64,000 bases of DNA from an uncultured Gammaproteobacteria bacterium (GTDB lineage Bacteria > Patescibacteriota > Microgenomatia > UBA8517): assembly GCA_964494885.1 (NCBI GenBank), contig CAZBTH010000002.1:29271-93270 (forward strand), read 5' to 3'. A program made the translations under genes and the position numbers. Below, in pieces: positions 1-10,729 of this stretch (positions are counted from its first letter, which is position 1; every line of letters starts with the position of its first letter). The notes beneath the pieces were generated by a model. That model ran no database searches. It saw only the letters and a list, made by a program, of their open reading frames with translations, and was not told the origin of the DNA.

Positions 1-26
1 TGGCCCCCGCTGTTTCATTTATAGCA

Positions 27-1283
27 ATGCCAGGTTACATGATCGGCAAAAGTTTAGGGGCATCACAAGTGGGAGCCTTTGCCACATCTTCTTTTTTTGG
101 TGCTGTAAATTTACTTTTGATTTATTTGATTGTCACAAAATTGACAAGTAAGAAACTCGCGGGACTTATTGCAGGATTTGGGTTTTTATTTGCAACACCC
201 GCGTTTGTTTACGCCGTAAGTTTATACCAGCATCACATATCAACATTCTTAATTTTGATGGCGTTTTATGCCCTAATTTCGTGGAATAATTTTTGGTCTT
301 ATGGATTAATTTTCTTTCTCTGCGCAATGTCGATCCCAGTTGACTACCCCAATTTAATTTTAATGTTCCCAATAGGTTTGGCAGCATTTCTTAAACTTTT
401 CCACTTATCCAGTATTAAAAATAAAATTAGCGTAAGAATTAACTACATTCGAATACTTAGCGTATTTTTTGTAATAATTCCACTTCTCTTCTTTATGTGG
501 TTCAACAAAAATTCCTACGGGAACCCACTTCAGTTTTCAGGAACAGTTGGTGGTGTACATGAAATCGATGCGAACGGGAATCCGACCTCTCCAAAGAAAA
601 CTCAGTTTGAAGACGTTACGGCGTTTGTGAACCCGGAAGCTCAGAAAAAAACAGCTACAGGATTCTTTAAATCTAGAAACATGCTAAATGGATTTTATAT
701 CCACTTGATAAGCCCAGACAGAGGTATCGTTTATTTTGCACCCATCATCCTTTTCGGACTTTACGGGCTGTATTTAATGCACAAGAAAGATGAAAAATAT
801 CTTGGTGTTTTGGTAGGCGTAGTTGCAGCTAATATAACCCTTTATTCATTGTGGGGTGATCCGTGGGGTGGTTGGGCATTTGGTTCGAGATACCTTATAC
901 CTAGCTATTCGATAATGAGTATTTTTATCGGCTATGCGCTAACTAATGTAAAAAGAGTATGGATATTTGCAATATTAATGCTTCCGATCATGGTTTTCTC
1001 TACTTCAGTAAACACTCTGGGGGCAATTACATCCAACGCCAATCCACCACAAGTTGAAGCTGATGCATTATCAAAACTTTCCGGTAAAAATGAAAGATAT
1101 TCATTTGACCGAAACTGGGAATATTTGAACAATATCGGATCGAAGTCTTTTGTTTATCAAACATGGCTGAGTAATAAAATTCCAGCGGTTAACTACTACT
1201 ATGTGATAGCGGGCAGTTTGATCACCGTACAAATTTTTATGAATTTACTTCTTATTATTCAATCTCGAAATAAAAAGCAATGA
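27..1283 (+). CDS. Polytopic membrane protein, possible GT-C fold glycosyltransferase (PMT/ArnT-like); the reading frame is open back to window position 3, so the N-terminus may lie outside the window
   Basis: About 10 predicted TM helices; no in-frame stop upstream of the ATG at 27; 4-bp ATGA overlap with the downstream GT2 gene. Confidence 0.35.
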   Translation: MPGYMIGKSLGASQVGAFATSSFFGAVNLLLIYLIVTKLTSKKLAGLIAGFGFLFATPAFVYAVSLYQHHISTFLILMAFYALISWNNFWSYGLIFFLCAMSIPVDYPNLILMFPIGLAAFLKLFHLSSIKNKISVRINYIRILSVFFVIIPLLFFMWFNKNSYGNPLQFSGTVGGVHEIDANGNPTSPKKTQFEDVTAFVNPEAQKKTATGFFKSRNMLNGFYIHLISPDRGIVYFAPIILFGLYGLYLMHKKDEKYLGVLVGVVAANITLYSLWGDPWGGWAFGSRYLIPSYSIMSIFIGYALTNVKRVWIFAILMLPIMVFSTSVNTLGAITSNANPPQVEADALSKLSGKNERYSFDRNWEYLNNIGSKSFVYQTWLSNKIPAVNYYYVIAGSLITVQIFMNLLLIIQSRNKKQ

Positions 1284-2179
1284 CAAAAAAGAAAATAACA
1301 ATCGGAATACCAGCTTATAACGAAGAGGCAAATATCGGTCATCTTTTGCACGCACTGATCGTGCAAAAAAGCAAGAACGCGAATATCTCAAAAATAATAG
1401 TTGTTTCGGATTGCAGTTCTGACAAAACGAACAAAATTGTACGAGATCTTAAAGATAGAAGAATAAAACTCATATCAAACAAGAAACGGCTCGGACAGGC
1501 AGAATGCCAAAATATAATTATTAAAAAAGCAAACACCGACATTCTTCTGTTACTCAATGCTGACGTGTTACCCAAATCACATAATTTCATCGAAAATATC
1601 ACCATGCCGATTATTAAAGATGGTGCTGATTTAGCGGCAGCAAGAGTAAAGCCGATACTCCCGTCAACAGTTATGGAGAACATACTATATACGAGTTACG
1701 AATTCAAAAATAATATTTTTGAAGAATTTAAAAATGGAAACAACTTATATACTTGCAACGGGAAGGCAAGAGCTTTTTCAAAAAGGTTTTACAAAAAACT
1801 TAAATTTAAACATAGCCCGCAGGAAGATGCATACTCGTACCTATTCTGTGTAAAAAACGGCTATAACTATATATATGTTAATAATGCAATAGTGTTTTAC
1901 GCCCTACCCAAAAATTGGAATGACCACGCTGGCCAAAGCCTTAGATTTCTTAAAAATAAAAGTTATCTAAATAGCCTTTTTGGAGAGGTATTTGTTGCGG
2001 CCAACTATAAACTTCCGACATTGTTATTTGTCAAAAGCATTAAAAACAGATTTATAAAAAATCCATTGATGTCGATTCTGTATGTATTTGTGTTTTCAAT
2101 AATGAAAATACTTACTTTCTTTGTACCCGAGGATGGGAATATCTGGCATACATCCAAGTCAACTAAATCAATTGTATGA
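1280..2179 (+). CDS. Family 2 glycosyltransferase, polyprenyl-phosphate sugar synthase type (DPM1/GtrB/ArnC-like)
   Basis: N-terminal IGIPAYNEEANI motif typical of GT2 and a DxD-like region; C-terminal hydrophobic helix; translationally coupled to its neighbours. Confidence 0.7.
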   Translation: MTKKKITIGIPAYNEEANIGHLLHALIVQKSKNANISKIIVVSDCSSDKTNKIVRDLKDRRIKLISNKKRLGQAECQNIIIKKANTDILLLLNADVLPKSHNFIENITMPIIKDGADLAAARVKPILPSTVMENILYTSYEFKNNIFEEFKNGNNLYTCNGKARAFSKRFYKKLKFKHSPQEDAYSYLFCVKNGYNYIYVNNAIVFYALPKNWNDHAGQSLRFLKNKSYLNSLFGEVFVAANYKLPTLLFVKSIKNRFIKNPLMSILYVFVFSIMKILTFFVPEDGNIWHTSKSTKSIV

Positions 2180-3087
2180 ACAAAAAATTAACAGTAACCG
2201 TGGCAATCAGCGCATTTAACGAAGAGAATAATATTATTCCTTTTATAGAATCTGCACAAGTGCAAAAGGGCGATAATTTTATAATTGAAAAAATACTTGT
2301 AATTAATGACGGATCCACGGATCACACAATAAAAAAACTCAAAAAAATTAAGTCCCATAAAGTGAGAATCATCAATCACGCAGAAAGGGTGGGCAAATCG
2401 ACAAGATTAAACGAAATATACAGAGAACTGAAATCTGAAATTTTAGTACAGAGTGATGCCGATGTTGTTTTTTCCCATAAGTACATCATTCGAGATTTAG
2501 TGGAACATTTTATTGACGACAATACCGTCGGTATGTGTGGGGGTCGACCTACTCCGAAAAAAAGTATTACTTTTACTGAAAAGGCGATCAACTCAACATT
2601 TAATATCTATGACAGACTAAGGCCAATAATAAATGGTGGACATAACATGCTTTCCGCAGATGGAAGACTGCTAGCATATAGAAAGGGACTAATCAAAAAG
2701 ATCAGGATACCTGGAGACATGATTGCAAACGATCTTTATACATATTTCTGTTGCATCTCCGAAGGCTATAAATATGATTTTGTTAAAACTGGCGTTGTAT
2801 GGTTTCGATCGCCACAAAATTTACACGACCACCTTAGACAAAATACCCGATTCATCGCGGCCAGAACTAGAATGTTAAAATATTTTCCTGAAAGTCTTGT
2901 AAAAAAAGAATTGCGAATTCCAAAAGGTGAATTTTTATTAAGCAGTATCCAAGAAGTCCTGAGACACCCCGTCCTATGTCTTTATATTAAGGCAATAAAT
3001 TTATACATAAGTGCCGAGTCGACAAAGGTAGAAAAAGAGCTAAATTCTGCCTGGCCAATGGCAATATCAACCAAAAATCTTTATTAA
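2176..3087 (+). CDS. Family 2 glycosyltransferase
   Basis: VAISAFNEENNI N-terminal GT2 motif; SDADV DxD-like motif; 4-bp overlap with the upstream gene. Confidence 0.65.
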   Translation: MNKKLTVTVAISAFNEENNIIPFIESAQVQKGDNFIIEKILVINDGSTDHTIKKLKKIKSHKVRIINHAERVGKSTRLNEIYRELKSEILVQSDADVVFSHKYIIRDLVEHFIDDNTVGMCGGRPTPKKSITFTEKAINSTFNIYDRLRPIINGGHNMLSADGRLLAYRKGLIKKIRIPGDMIANDLYTYFCCISEGYKYDFVKTGVVWFRSPQNLHDHLRQNTRFIAARTRMLKYFPESLVKKELRIPKGEFLLSSIQEVLRHPVLCLYIKAINLYISAESTKVEKELNSAWPMAISTKNLY

Positions 3088-3090
3088 ACT

Positions 3091-4746
3091 ATGAAAAAAA
3101 ATACTAAAAACAAAAAATCAAAAATAGTAATAAACCCCGAAATTACCCTTTCTGTCAATAAAAATTTACTATTATGGACTCTTGGTTTTTTTGAGAAAAA
3201 GCTATTTTTTATTGTTTCCTTAATTTTGACTTCAGTTTCTGTTTATTTCTTTGTTTATTACTTAAACAACAAACTTGGACTTAGCTATAACGATGCCAGA
3301 AGTCATTTGGACATTGGCCGGCGCGTTGTAGAGGGACTAAAACCGGGACTTGCCCAGTTGGGAAGTGTTTGGCTGCCGTTAAACCACATATTAATGATCC
3401 CATTAGTTTGGAGTGACTGGGCTTGGCATTCTGGTTTTGCCGGAGCATTTTGGAACATGATCAGTTTTGTAGGCACGGGTCTTGTTATTTACAAAATTCT
3501 GGAAAAACTTAGAGTTGGTTACTTAGGCCGAATAATGGGCGTAATCGTCTTTGCGGCAAACTTAAATATTCTATATTTGCAGTCCACCGCCATGACCGAA
3601 CCAATTCTTTTGGCAACAATGACCGCGGGTTGTTATTACCTTATTCTTTGGGCGGAGAACGACAACATTCTGAATCTTATTAAGGCCTCTTTTTGGGTTA
3701 TGCTTTCGACATTGGTTCGATACGACGGCTGGTTTTTGCTTTTGTTCGCCGCGGCAATTGTGGGAATTACTACTTGGGTCAAAAGGGGATACCGCGTAGC
3801 GGAAGGCCTTTCTGTTTTATTCCTGACAATGGGCGCTTTGGGAATAGTTCTTTGGTTTGGATGGAACGCCGCTATTTTTAAAGATCCTTTATATTTCGCT
3901 CTTGGTCCATTTTCCGCCCATGCCCAACAGCAACAAATGCTTGAGGCAGGAAGCTTACCCACAAAATGGAACATGCTTCTTTCGACTCAACTTTATTTCT
4001 ATTCAATCCTTTATAACTGCATCGCCTTTGTCGCTATTTTAGGATTTTTGGGAGGGATATTTCTTTGGCTGGACAAGAAAATCAAAGGAGCCGTTCGGTT
4101 CGCCACGGTCTCACTTATGGCCCCATTGGTATTTAACATTTTGTCCCTGTTTTTGGGCTTTTCCGTGCTGTTCGTTCAGGGAATATCGGGTAACACCTGG
4201 TTTAACATTCGCTACGGAATCATGATGATGCCAGCATTTGCCGTATTTATTGGGTACCTGGTCGGGAAACTTAAAGATTTAAGGTGGGTGATAATCGGAC
4301 TATATATATTTGTTATGTTCTTTGCCTTTGCCAACGGCGATGCGGTTACGATTGATGACGCGAGAGTGGGAAGTTCTCAGAAAAATGTCAGCGAAGTTGC
4401 AGGGTTTCTTTATAAATCGGCAAAGGATCAAAAAGGATACATTCTTATTTCAGCAGCCTCTCACGACGCTATTATATTTTCGTCCAATCTTCCTATGGCT
4501 CGTTTCATTCACGAAGGAACGGGTGGTTATTGGGAATCGGCAACGCTACAACCCGACAGATGGGCCCGCTGGATTGTAATGAGAACATATGACAATAACG
4601 ATTTAACTTATAAATTTGTGAGTAAAACCACGGGGTTTGCAAAATATCATTTGGTGGATTCTTATCCATTTGCCGATGTATACGAAATTGACGCGAAGTA
4701 TCTGGATCAACTCAACTACACTCCAATACTCGGAAAGCAGAAATAA
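3091..4746 (+). CDS. GT-C fold glycosyltransferase (PMT_2/ArnT-like, GT39/GT83 family), polytopic membrane protein
   Basis: More than 10 TM helices; YNDARSHLDIGR first-loop motif resembling the D-E/D acidic loop of PMT/ArnT; sits in the same operon as the GT2 genes. Confidence 0.5.
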   Translation: MKKNTKNKKSKIVINPEITLSVNKNLLLWTLGFFEKKLFFIVSLILTSVSVYFFVYYLNNKLGLSYNDARSHLDIGRRVVEGLKPGLAQLGSVWLPLNHILMIPLVWSDWAWHSGFAGAFWNMISFVGTGLVIYKILEKLRVGYLGRIMGVIVFAANLNILYLQSTAMTEPILLATMTAGCYYLILWAENDNILNLIKASFWVMLSTLVRYDGWFLLLFAAAIVGITTWVKRGYRVAEGLSVLFLTMGALGIVLWFGWNAAIFKDPLYFALGPFSAHAQQQQMLEAGSLPTKWNMLLSTQLYFYSILYNCIAFVAILGFLGGIFLWLDKKIKGAVRFATVSLMAPLVFNILSLFLGFSVLFVQGISGNTWFNIRYGIMMMPAFAVFIGYLVGKLKDLRWVIIGLYIFVMFFAFANGDAVTIDDARVGSSQKNVSEVAGFLYKSAKDQKGYILISAASHDAIIFSSNLPMARFIHEGTGGYWESATLQPDRWARWIVMRTYDNNDLTYKFVSKTTGFAKYHLVDSYPFADVYEIDAKYLDQLNYTPILGKQK

Positions 4747-4764
4747 TTAGGTTAGAATATAAAT

Positions 4765-6018
4765 ATGCCGAAGATTAATATTAAAATATTAGTAATTATA
4801 TTCCTAGTAACCGTAATTGGATTTTTTTCTCTTCAGTGGCGTAAAAATACATTGGACTTGGCCAACAAACAGATTTCTTTTTGGCAAATGCAATCAGTCG
4901 ACACCGTCAAATATAGTAGAGACCTTGCCAGACAGTATGAAAAAGACACAAGTTATGATAAAGAGATAGATCTACAAGTTAAATCAATAGCAAGTAGCGG
5001 TGCCAATTTTGTTGCTATAGGTACCCCGTACGATAAAGAATTTGTTCCTTTCTTAAAAAGATGGGTCGATTCTGCCCGTAAATACGGCCTAAATGTTTGG
5101 TTCAGGGGAAACTTTTCGGGTTGGGAGGAATGGTTTGAATACCCGGCAATTACCAGAGCGGAGCATGAGAAAATGCTTAAACAATTTATTTTGGATAACG
5201 GAAGTTTATTCCAAGACGGCGATGTTTTTACTGCCTGCACCGAATGCGAAAACGGAGGACCCGGGGATCCGCGCCAAACAGGTGACGCCTCGGGACACCG
5301 ACAATTTTTAATTAACGAATACCAAATAGGGAGAAATGCTTTTTCCGAGATCGGCAAAAATGTTGCCACAAATTATTTCCCCATGAATGCCGATGTGGCA
5401 AAATTGATAATGAACCCCGAAACAACCAAGGCTCTAGGTGGAATCGTGGTCATAGATCATTACGTACCAACTCCTCAAGACCTGGACCAAGGTGTAACCG
5501 ACTTGGCAGAATCTTCAGGCGGCAAAGTGGTTTTGGGGGAATTCGGTGCTCCTATTCCGGATCTGCACGGAAAATTAACAGAAGCCCAACAAGCCGACTG
5601 GATAAAATCTGCTTTAACACTACTTGCCGATAATAAAAACTTGATCGGGGTAAATTATTGGACAAGCTTTGGCGGTTCGACAGAACTTTGGGACGGGGAC
5701 GGAAATCCGAGACTTGCTGTTTCTGTAATCAAAAATTATTTTGTTCCGAAAGTTATTAGAGGTATTGTAAGCGACGAAATCGGAAGCCCTATAATGGGGG
5801 TCAAAGTATCCGACGGTCTACGCATGGCAAGTACAAATACATTGGGACAATTCTATTTTCCATACATATCAGACAATATCAGTTTGACTGCGTCCGCCGA
5901 AGGATACACTTCCGTTAAAATGAACAACTTGCCAAAAGATAGCCCAATTACAGTTGTTCTTAAAAAACAAAAGGAAGGTTTCTTCTTTAGATTCAGAAAA
6001 TTGCTCCATTCTCTATAG
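4765..6018 (+). CDS. Membrane-anchored glycoside hydrolase-like protein (GH5-like TIM barrel), possibly with a C-terminal carboxypeptidase-regulatory-like beta domain
   Basis: N-terminal TM helix; VVLGEFGAP motif resembling a GH5 nucleophile region; C-terminal IRGIVSDEIGSPIMGVKVSDG. Confidence 0.3.
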   Translation: MPKINIKILVIIFLVTVIGFFSLQWRKNTLDLANKQISFWQMQSVDTVKYSRDLARQYEKDTSYDKEIDLQVKSIASSGANFVAIGTPYDKEFVPFLKRWVDSARKYGLNVWFRGNFSGWEEWFEYPAITRAEHEKMLKQFILDNGSLFQDGDVFTACTECENGGPGDPRQTGDASGHRQFLINEYQIGRNAFSEIGKNVATNYFPMNADVAKLIMNPETTKALGGIVVIDHYVPTPQDLDQGVTDLAESSGGKVVLGEFGAPIPDLHGKLTEAQQADWIKSALTLLADNKNLIGVNYWTSFGGSTELWDGDGNPRLAVSVIKNYFVPKVIRGIVSDEIGSPIMGVKVSDGLRMASTNTLGQFYFPYISDNISLTASAEGYTSVKMNNLPKDSPITVVLKKQKEGFFFRFRKLLHSL

Positions 6019-6064
6019 TTTGACTTTCGTTTTTTAACGTGGTACAATCCCATAATTATTAGCT

Positions 6065-6640
6065 ATGAAGAAAATATTAACCGTTCTATTGTCAGTTTTT
6101 ACTCTTTTGGCCTTCCAACTTGCCTTAATACCTGGGATAGCTTTTGCCGTTAATGACCCCGTTTTCCCTGCCTGTGCCAACCCCCAAGGAACATTGATCG
6201 CCTCATACGACAACGGCGTCCATGGAATTCCCGGCGACACAGGCACCTACAACGGAAGCGATAAGGTGTATAGCGTAACAGGAGATACCCTGATTCAATG
6301 TTTTTGCGCAGTAAATGGGAACGGGATCCAAACAAACTGGTGGAAAGTATCCTCACTTAGCCAAGATCAAATTGACGTTCTTAAATCTGAGGGGTGGACA
6401 TTTGTTCCCAACGGAATCGCCTGGGGGCTTGAAGACAGCGCCTACATGATTAAAAATGCAGGATATTCATGTGGAGGGACGGGTAACGGCGGATCAAACT
6501 CAAACTCCTCATCTGATTCCAATTCTTCAACTGGACAGGTTTTAGGTTTGGCATTCACGGGAAATATTATTTTTGTCTTTGCCTTTTTGGGGTTTGGGAT
6601 CTCTTCTCTTCTTCTCGGTCTTTATCTAAGTAGAAAATGA
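6065..6640 (+). CDS. Secreted surface protein with a C-terminal sortase-type sorting signal (LAFTG, TM segment, SRK tail)
   Basis: Signal peptide; Ser/Asn-rich linker; LAFTG motif followed by a hydrophobic segment and basic tail; immediately upstream of a sortase gene. Confidence 0.5.
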   Translation: MKKILTVLLSVFTLLAFQLALIPGIAFAVNDPVFPACANPQGTLIASYDNGVHGIPGDTGTYNGSDKVYSVTGDTLIQCFCAVNGNGIQTNWWKVSSLSQDQIDVLKSEGWTFVPNGIAWGLEDSAYMIKNAGYSCGGTGNGGSNSNSSSDSNSSTGQVLGLAFTGNIIFVFAFLGFGISSLLLGLYLSRK

Positions 6641-6795
6641 AGCTCCCCAACACACACAACAGAGTATCTTCTCCCAAACTTCATCGGGAGCGAAATCCCT
6701 CGCGCCGCCGGCAAAGCCTTTGGCGACGCACGGCCGAAGCGAAAAAAATTCGCTTACCCACAAAGACTTTAAGCCCGAGGTATTCGCGAAGGGGG

Positions 6796-7332
6796 ATGAA
6801 AACTACCGGAAAGGTCTTAGTTTTTCTTGGTCTTATATCAACTATTTTCGGATTATATCTGGCTTGGCAGAGAATCAATCCCGAAAGAATCTCCTTTAAT
6901 ACCCCTAAGTTTGACTCGCCCAATTTACAAAAGAAAACTAACTTAACGCCTATCGAAATTAAGATGGGGGAGCAGAGTATTGATTTGCCGATTTACCCTG
7001 CATCTATAAACGGTACGTCCTGGGAAACAACAACTAAAGGCGTCTCCTATTTAAAAAACACGCCGACTCCGGGAGAAATCGGAAATAGTGTCATGTATGG
7101 TCACAACTGGACCAATCTTCTCGGCCCGTTGGTCCGGGCAAAACCCGGGCAAAAAATAGAGATTACATATAGTGATGGAAGTAGAAAAAATTTTGAGATT
7201 ACTTTTACGCAAACCGTCTCCCCCGATCAAACATTTATTCTAAATAACACCAACGACAGAAGAATTACTATTTATACATGCACAGGATTTCTTGATAGTA
7301 AAAGATTTGTGGTCGTAGCAACCCTGATATAA
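6796..7332 (+). CDS. Sortase family transpeptidase
   Basis: GHNW (His), ITIYTCTG (TLxTC-like Cys) and a following Arg; N-terminal TM helix. The track ORF starts at 6637, but the ATG at 6796 is preceded by GGGGG and removes an implausible basic N-terminal extension. Confidence 0.7.
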   Translation: MKTTGKVLVFLGLISTIFGLYLAWQRINPERISFNTPKFDSPNLQKKTNLTPIEIKMGEQSIDLPIYPASINGTSWETTTKGVSYLKNTPTPGEIGNSVMYGHNWTNLLGPLVRAKPGQKIEITYSDGSRKNFEITFTQTVSPDQTFILNNTNDRRITIYTCTGFLDSKRFVVVATLI

Positions 7333-7371
7333 CCCTTGTTCGGATGTTCCTTGTAAGTTAAAATGACACCC

Positions 7372-7386
7372 GAGAAGCTGGCTAGC
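7372..7386. repeat. Left arm of a 15-bp inverted repeat (GAGAAGCTGGCTAGC) flanking a GC-rich gene
   Basis: Reverse complement of 7953-7967 with one mismatch. Confidence 0.6.
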
Positions 7387-7411
7387 TCATTTAACACAAG
7401 GAGAACACCGA

Positions 7412-7909
7412 ATGAAAAAGATCGTTTTTGTCGTGCTTACCGTGTTGGCCCTGGTCTTAATGCCAACCACCCCCGCTTTCGCAAGCGGCGGATTCAATGA
7501 ATTCGGCTACAACTACAACGCCCACATCTTCGTTGGCTCGGCTGACGGTGTTGACCGCGCGTTGGACGGTGCAGTTTGGGGCGACCCGACTTATGCCAAC
7601 GACCGTCTGGTCATGAAGTGGAACGCGGCCTGGGACGCATGCAACGATAACGGATACGACAATCCGGCTTTCTGCGCGGGCGCATGGACCACCAACCAGT
7701 GGAACGGCATGAATCCTGATGGGAGCCAAAGCAATTGGCATTACAAGATCATCTGGGTCGGCTCATTGGGATCCGCAAGCCCCTATTGGCGCGATGGCGG
7801 TTATTCTGTTTGGGGAAACTACGAAGTCATTCAAGACTTCGGCTTTGACCCCACCGGCCACTATCGCTATGCTCAAGCCCGCCCTGCAGGCCTCGGAAAC
7901 AACCAATAA
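7412..7909 (+). CDS. Secreted hypothetical protein; GC-rich, possibly horizontally acquired
   Basis: Signal peptide ending AFA-SGG; GC content is well above the surrounding DNA, roughly 55% against roughly 38% by eye; strong AAGGAG SD. Confidence 0.6.
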   Translation: MKKIVFVVLTVLALVLMPTTPAFASGGFNEFGYNYNAHIFVGSADGVDRALDGAVWGDPTYANDRLVMKWNAAWDACNDNGYDNPAFCAGAWTTNQWNGMNPDGSQSNWHYKIIWVGSLGSASPYWRDGGYSVWGNYEVIQDFGFDPTGHYRYAQARPAGLGNNQ

Positions 7910-7952
7910 CACCAAAAACAGAGATTTGACGGCCTAAAAACCATCAAATAAT

Positions 7953-7967
7953 GCTAGCCAGCTCCTC
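7953..7967. repeat. Right arm of the 15-bp inverted repeat (GCTAGCCAGCTCCTC)
   Basis: Reverse complement of 7372-7386; followed by a T8 run. Confidence 0.6.
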
Positions 7968-8096
7968 TGTTTTTTTTGTTTTAGTATCTCCCCATTGCTT
8001 CATAAATATTGTTGAGGTAGAATCATTTAAGGCTAATTGAGCCTGTTTTTTATGTTCTTAATTATTAACTCTTAGTTATTAATTCTTAATTAACTT

Positions 8097-10724
8097 ATGG
8101 ATATCGGTAAAATTCAACAAACAGAGATAACCACAGAGCTTTCTAAATCATATTTGGATTACGCAATGAGCGTTATCGTTGCCCGAGCCTTGCCGGATGT
8201 ACGGGACGGACTTAAGCCGGTTCACAGGAGAATTTTATATGCAATGCATTTGATGGGACTTCATTTTGTAGGTTCTTCCACAACAAAATCTGCTAAGGTC
8301 GTTGGAGAAGTTTTGGGTAAATATCATCCACACGGAGACATGGCAGTCTACGACGCGATGGTTCGGCTTGCCCAAACCTTTTCGATGCGCTACCCCTTGG
8401 TCCATGGACAAGGAAACTTTGGGTCTGTTGATGGCGACCCGCCAGCAGCCATGCGTTACACCGAGGTTAAACTTGCCAAAATCGCGGACATGATGCTTGC
8501 GGATATGGAGAAAGAAACCGTAGACTTTACGGACAACTTCGACGCAACACTTAAAGAACCGGTTTTTCTTCCCGCAGTTTTACCCAATTTACTCCTTATG
8601 GGAAGCGAGGGAATCGCGGTCGGAATGGCAACAAAAATCCCTCCACATAATTTAACTGAACTTGTTGACGGAATATGCGCCATGATCAAAAAGGGTAAAG
8701 TTATTACCGAGCAAAAGGCACAGGAAGAACAAACAGATTTCGTTATCAAAAAGATCAATCTGGTAGCTTCAGGCGGGTCCAAAGCGTTAACTGAGGCGGA
8801 GGTTAATCCGACAGCAGTTTCTTTTGAAAGCGAAATTGATATTGACGAGCTCACCAATATTATTCCGGGCCCGGACTTTCCTACTGGGGGAGCAATTTAT
8901 GATGCCAACGGACTTAAAGAACTTTATGCAACAGGTCGCGGCAAAATAGTTGTCAGAGGAATTGCAGAAATTGTAGAGGGTGTTAAAGGTAAACAGCAAA
9001 TAATAATTAGTGAACTTCCGTATCAGGTCAATAAAAGTGAACTTGTAGCCAAAATTGCCGAACTTGTAAAAGATAAAAAGGTTGTAGGAATTGCAGATCT
9101 TAGAGATGAAAGCGATAAAGACGGTATGAGGGTGGCGATAGATCTCAAACGCGACGCAAAACCAAAATCTGTTTTGAATAATATTTTCAAACACACCAGA
9201 CTTCAAAGTAGCTTCCCTGCGAATTTTGTGGCACTTGTTGACGGCACCCCCCACACATTAAATCTCAAAACAATTCTGGTTGAATACGTTAAACATAGAC
9301 AAAGAGTGGTCATAAGACGTACCATCTTTGAGTTAACGGAGGCCAAAAAGCGAGCTCATATTTTGGAAGGGCTTAAAATCGCATTAGACAATTTAGATGC
9401 AGTAATCAAAACCATTAGAGAAAGTAAAACTCAGGAGGATGCAAAGAAAAACTTAATTGAAAGATTTAAATTGTCCGAAATCCAAGCAACCGCCATTTTA
9501 GATATGCAACTCAGACGCCTTGCGGCACTTGAGAGGGAAAAAATTGAGAAAGAATATGCAGAAATTAAGAAACTGATAGACCAACTTGTTGCGATCTTAA
9601 AAGACCCTAAGCAGGTTTTAAATATTATTGTTAAAGAACTTGGGGAGTTAAAAGAAAAATATGGTGATGCAAGACGAACAAAAATCTACAAAAACCCGCT
9701 CGGGGAAATCAGCGAAGAAGATTTGGTTGCCAAGGAAGAAACATTGATTACAGTCACAAAAACGGGTTATGTTAAACGTCTTTCTGCCACAAGTTACCGC
9801 GCACAGCGTCGGGGAGGGAAGGGTGTAATCGGAATGGCAACAAAGGAGGAGGATGAAATAGAACACATTCTATCGGCAACCACCCACGATACGATATTAT
9901 TCTTTACCAATAAAGGCCGTGTTTTCGGGCTAAAAGCATGGGAAATTCCTGAAAGCAGTAGACTGGCAAAGGGACAGGCCCTTGTTAACTTATTGAATCT
10001 TGAACAGGGTGAAGAAATAAAATCTATTTTACCGCTTTCAAAAGAAATGGGGATTAAAAATTTGGTAATGGCTACCAAAAACGGACTCATTAAAAAAACA
10101 AGTATCGATCAATTCGAAAATTTGAGGGCATCCGGGCTAATAGCAATCAAGCTTAGGGATAATGACATGCTCATTTCTGTTCACCCGACTACTGGCGACG
10201 ACCATATTATTCTTCTTACTCGGAACGCCAAGTCAATAAGATTTCCAGAGACAAATGCCAGGCCCATGGGTCGTGCCACAACCGGAGTCACGGGAATAAA
10301 GATGGACGCTGGGGATGAGCTGATTGGAATGGAAGTCTTCCCAGCAAAAGAAAATATCCCAGCTGACAAAAGGAAAAAGTTCTACCGCGATATTTTGACA
10401 ATTGCCGAGCACGGACTCGGGAAACGTACCCCAATTCATCTTTTCCCTATACAAAAAAGGTCTGGCAAAGGTGTTAAAGCGGCAGTGGTTTCAGCAAAAA
10501 CCGGGGATTTAAAAACAGCCGCAATGGTCACTGAAAAATTTGATCAGGTGATAATTACTTCAAAAATTGGGCAGGTGATTAAACTACCATTGAAAAATAT
10601 TCCCCAACTTGGAAGAGCTACGCAAGGAGTAATACTTATGCGCTTTGCGGATAAAGCAGATTCTGTTGCCGCAGCAGCTGTTTTGGAAAAAGGAGTAGAC
10701 GAAGAAGAAGAGGAAGAGGATTAA
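8097..10724 (+). CDS. gyrA: DNA gyrase subunit A
   Basis: [15 protein letters not shown] and YHPHGD motifs, AAMRYTE active-site Tyr, repeated C-terminal blades, acidic tail DEEEEEED. Confidence 0.95.
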   Translation: MDIGKIQQTEITTELSKSYLDYAMSVIVARALPDVRDGLKPVHRRILYAMHLMGLHFVGSSTTKSAKVVGEVLGKYHPHGDMAVYDAMVRLAQTFSMRYPLVHGQGNFGSVDGDPPAAMRYTEVKLAKIADMMLADMEKETVDFTDNFDATLKEPVFLPAVLPNLLLMGSEGIAVGMATKIPPHNLTELVDGICAMIKKGKVITEQKAQEEQTDFVIKKINLVASGGSKALTEAEVNPTAVSFESEIDIDELTNIIPGPDFPTGGAIYDANGLKELYATGRGKIVVRGIAEIVEGVKGKQQIIISELPYQVNKSELVAKIAELVKDKKVVGIADLRDESDKDGMRVAIDLKRDAKPKSVLNNIFKHTRLQSSFPANFVALVDGTPHTLNLKTILVEYVKHRQRVVIRRTIFELTEAKKRAHILEGLKIALDNLDAVIKTIRESKTQEDAKKNLIERFKLSEIQATAILDMQLRRLAALEREKIEKEYAEIKKLIDQLVAILKDPKQVLNIIVKELGELKEKYGDARRTKIYKNPLGEISEEDLVAKEETLITVTKTGYVKRLSATSYRAQRRGGKGVIGMATKEEDEIEHILSATTHDTILFFTNKGRVFGLKAWEIPESSRLAKGQALVNLLNLEQGEEIKSILPLSKEMGIKNLVMATKNGLIKKTSIDQFENLRASGLIAIKLRDNDMLISVHPTTGDDHIILLTRNAKSIRFPETNARPMGRATTGVTGIKMDAGDELIGMEVFPAKENIPADKRKKFYRDILTIAEHGLGKRTPIHLFPIQKRSGKGVKAAVVSAKTGDLKTAAMVTEKFDQVIITSKIGQVIKLPLKNIPQLGRATQGVILMRFADKADSVAAAAVLEKGVDEEEEEED

Positions 10725-10729
10725 CAAAT

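Noticed and set aside
6637-6795. Upstream extension of the sortase ORF (track start at 6637)
   Set aside because: The extension encodes an Arg/Pro-rich peptide with no TM helix. A well-placed ATG with a GGGGG SD occurs at 6796, immediately before the sortase membrane anchor. The extension region contains a small AAGCGAA/TTCGCTT hairpin and is better read as intergenic.
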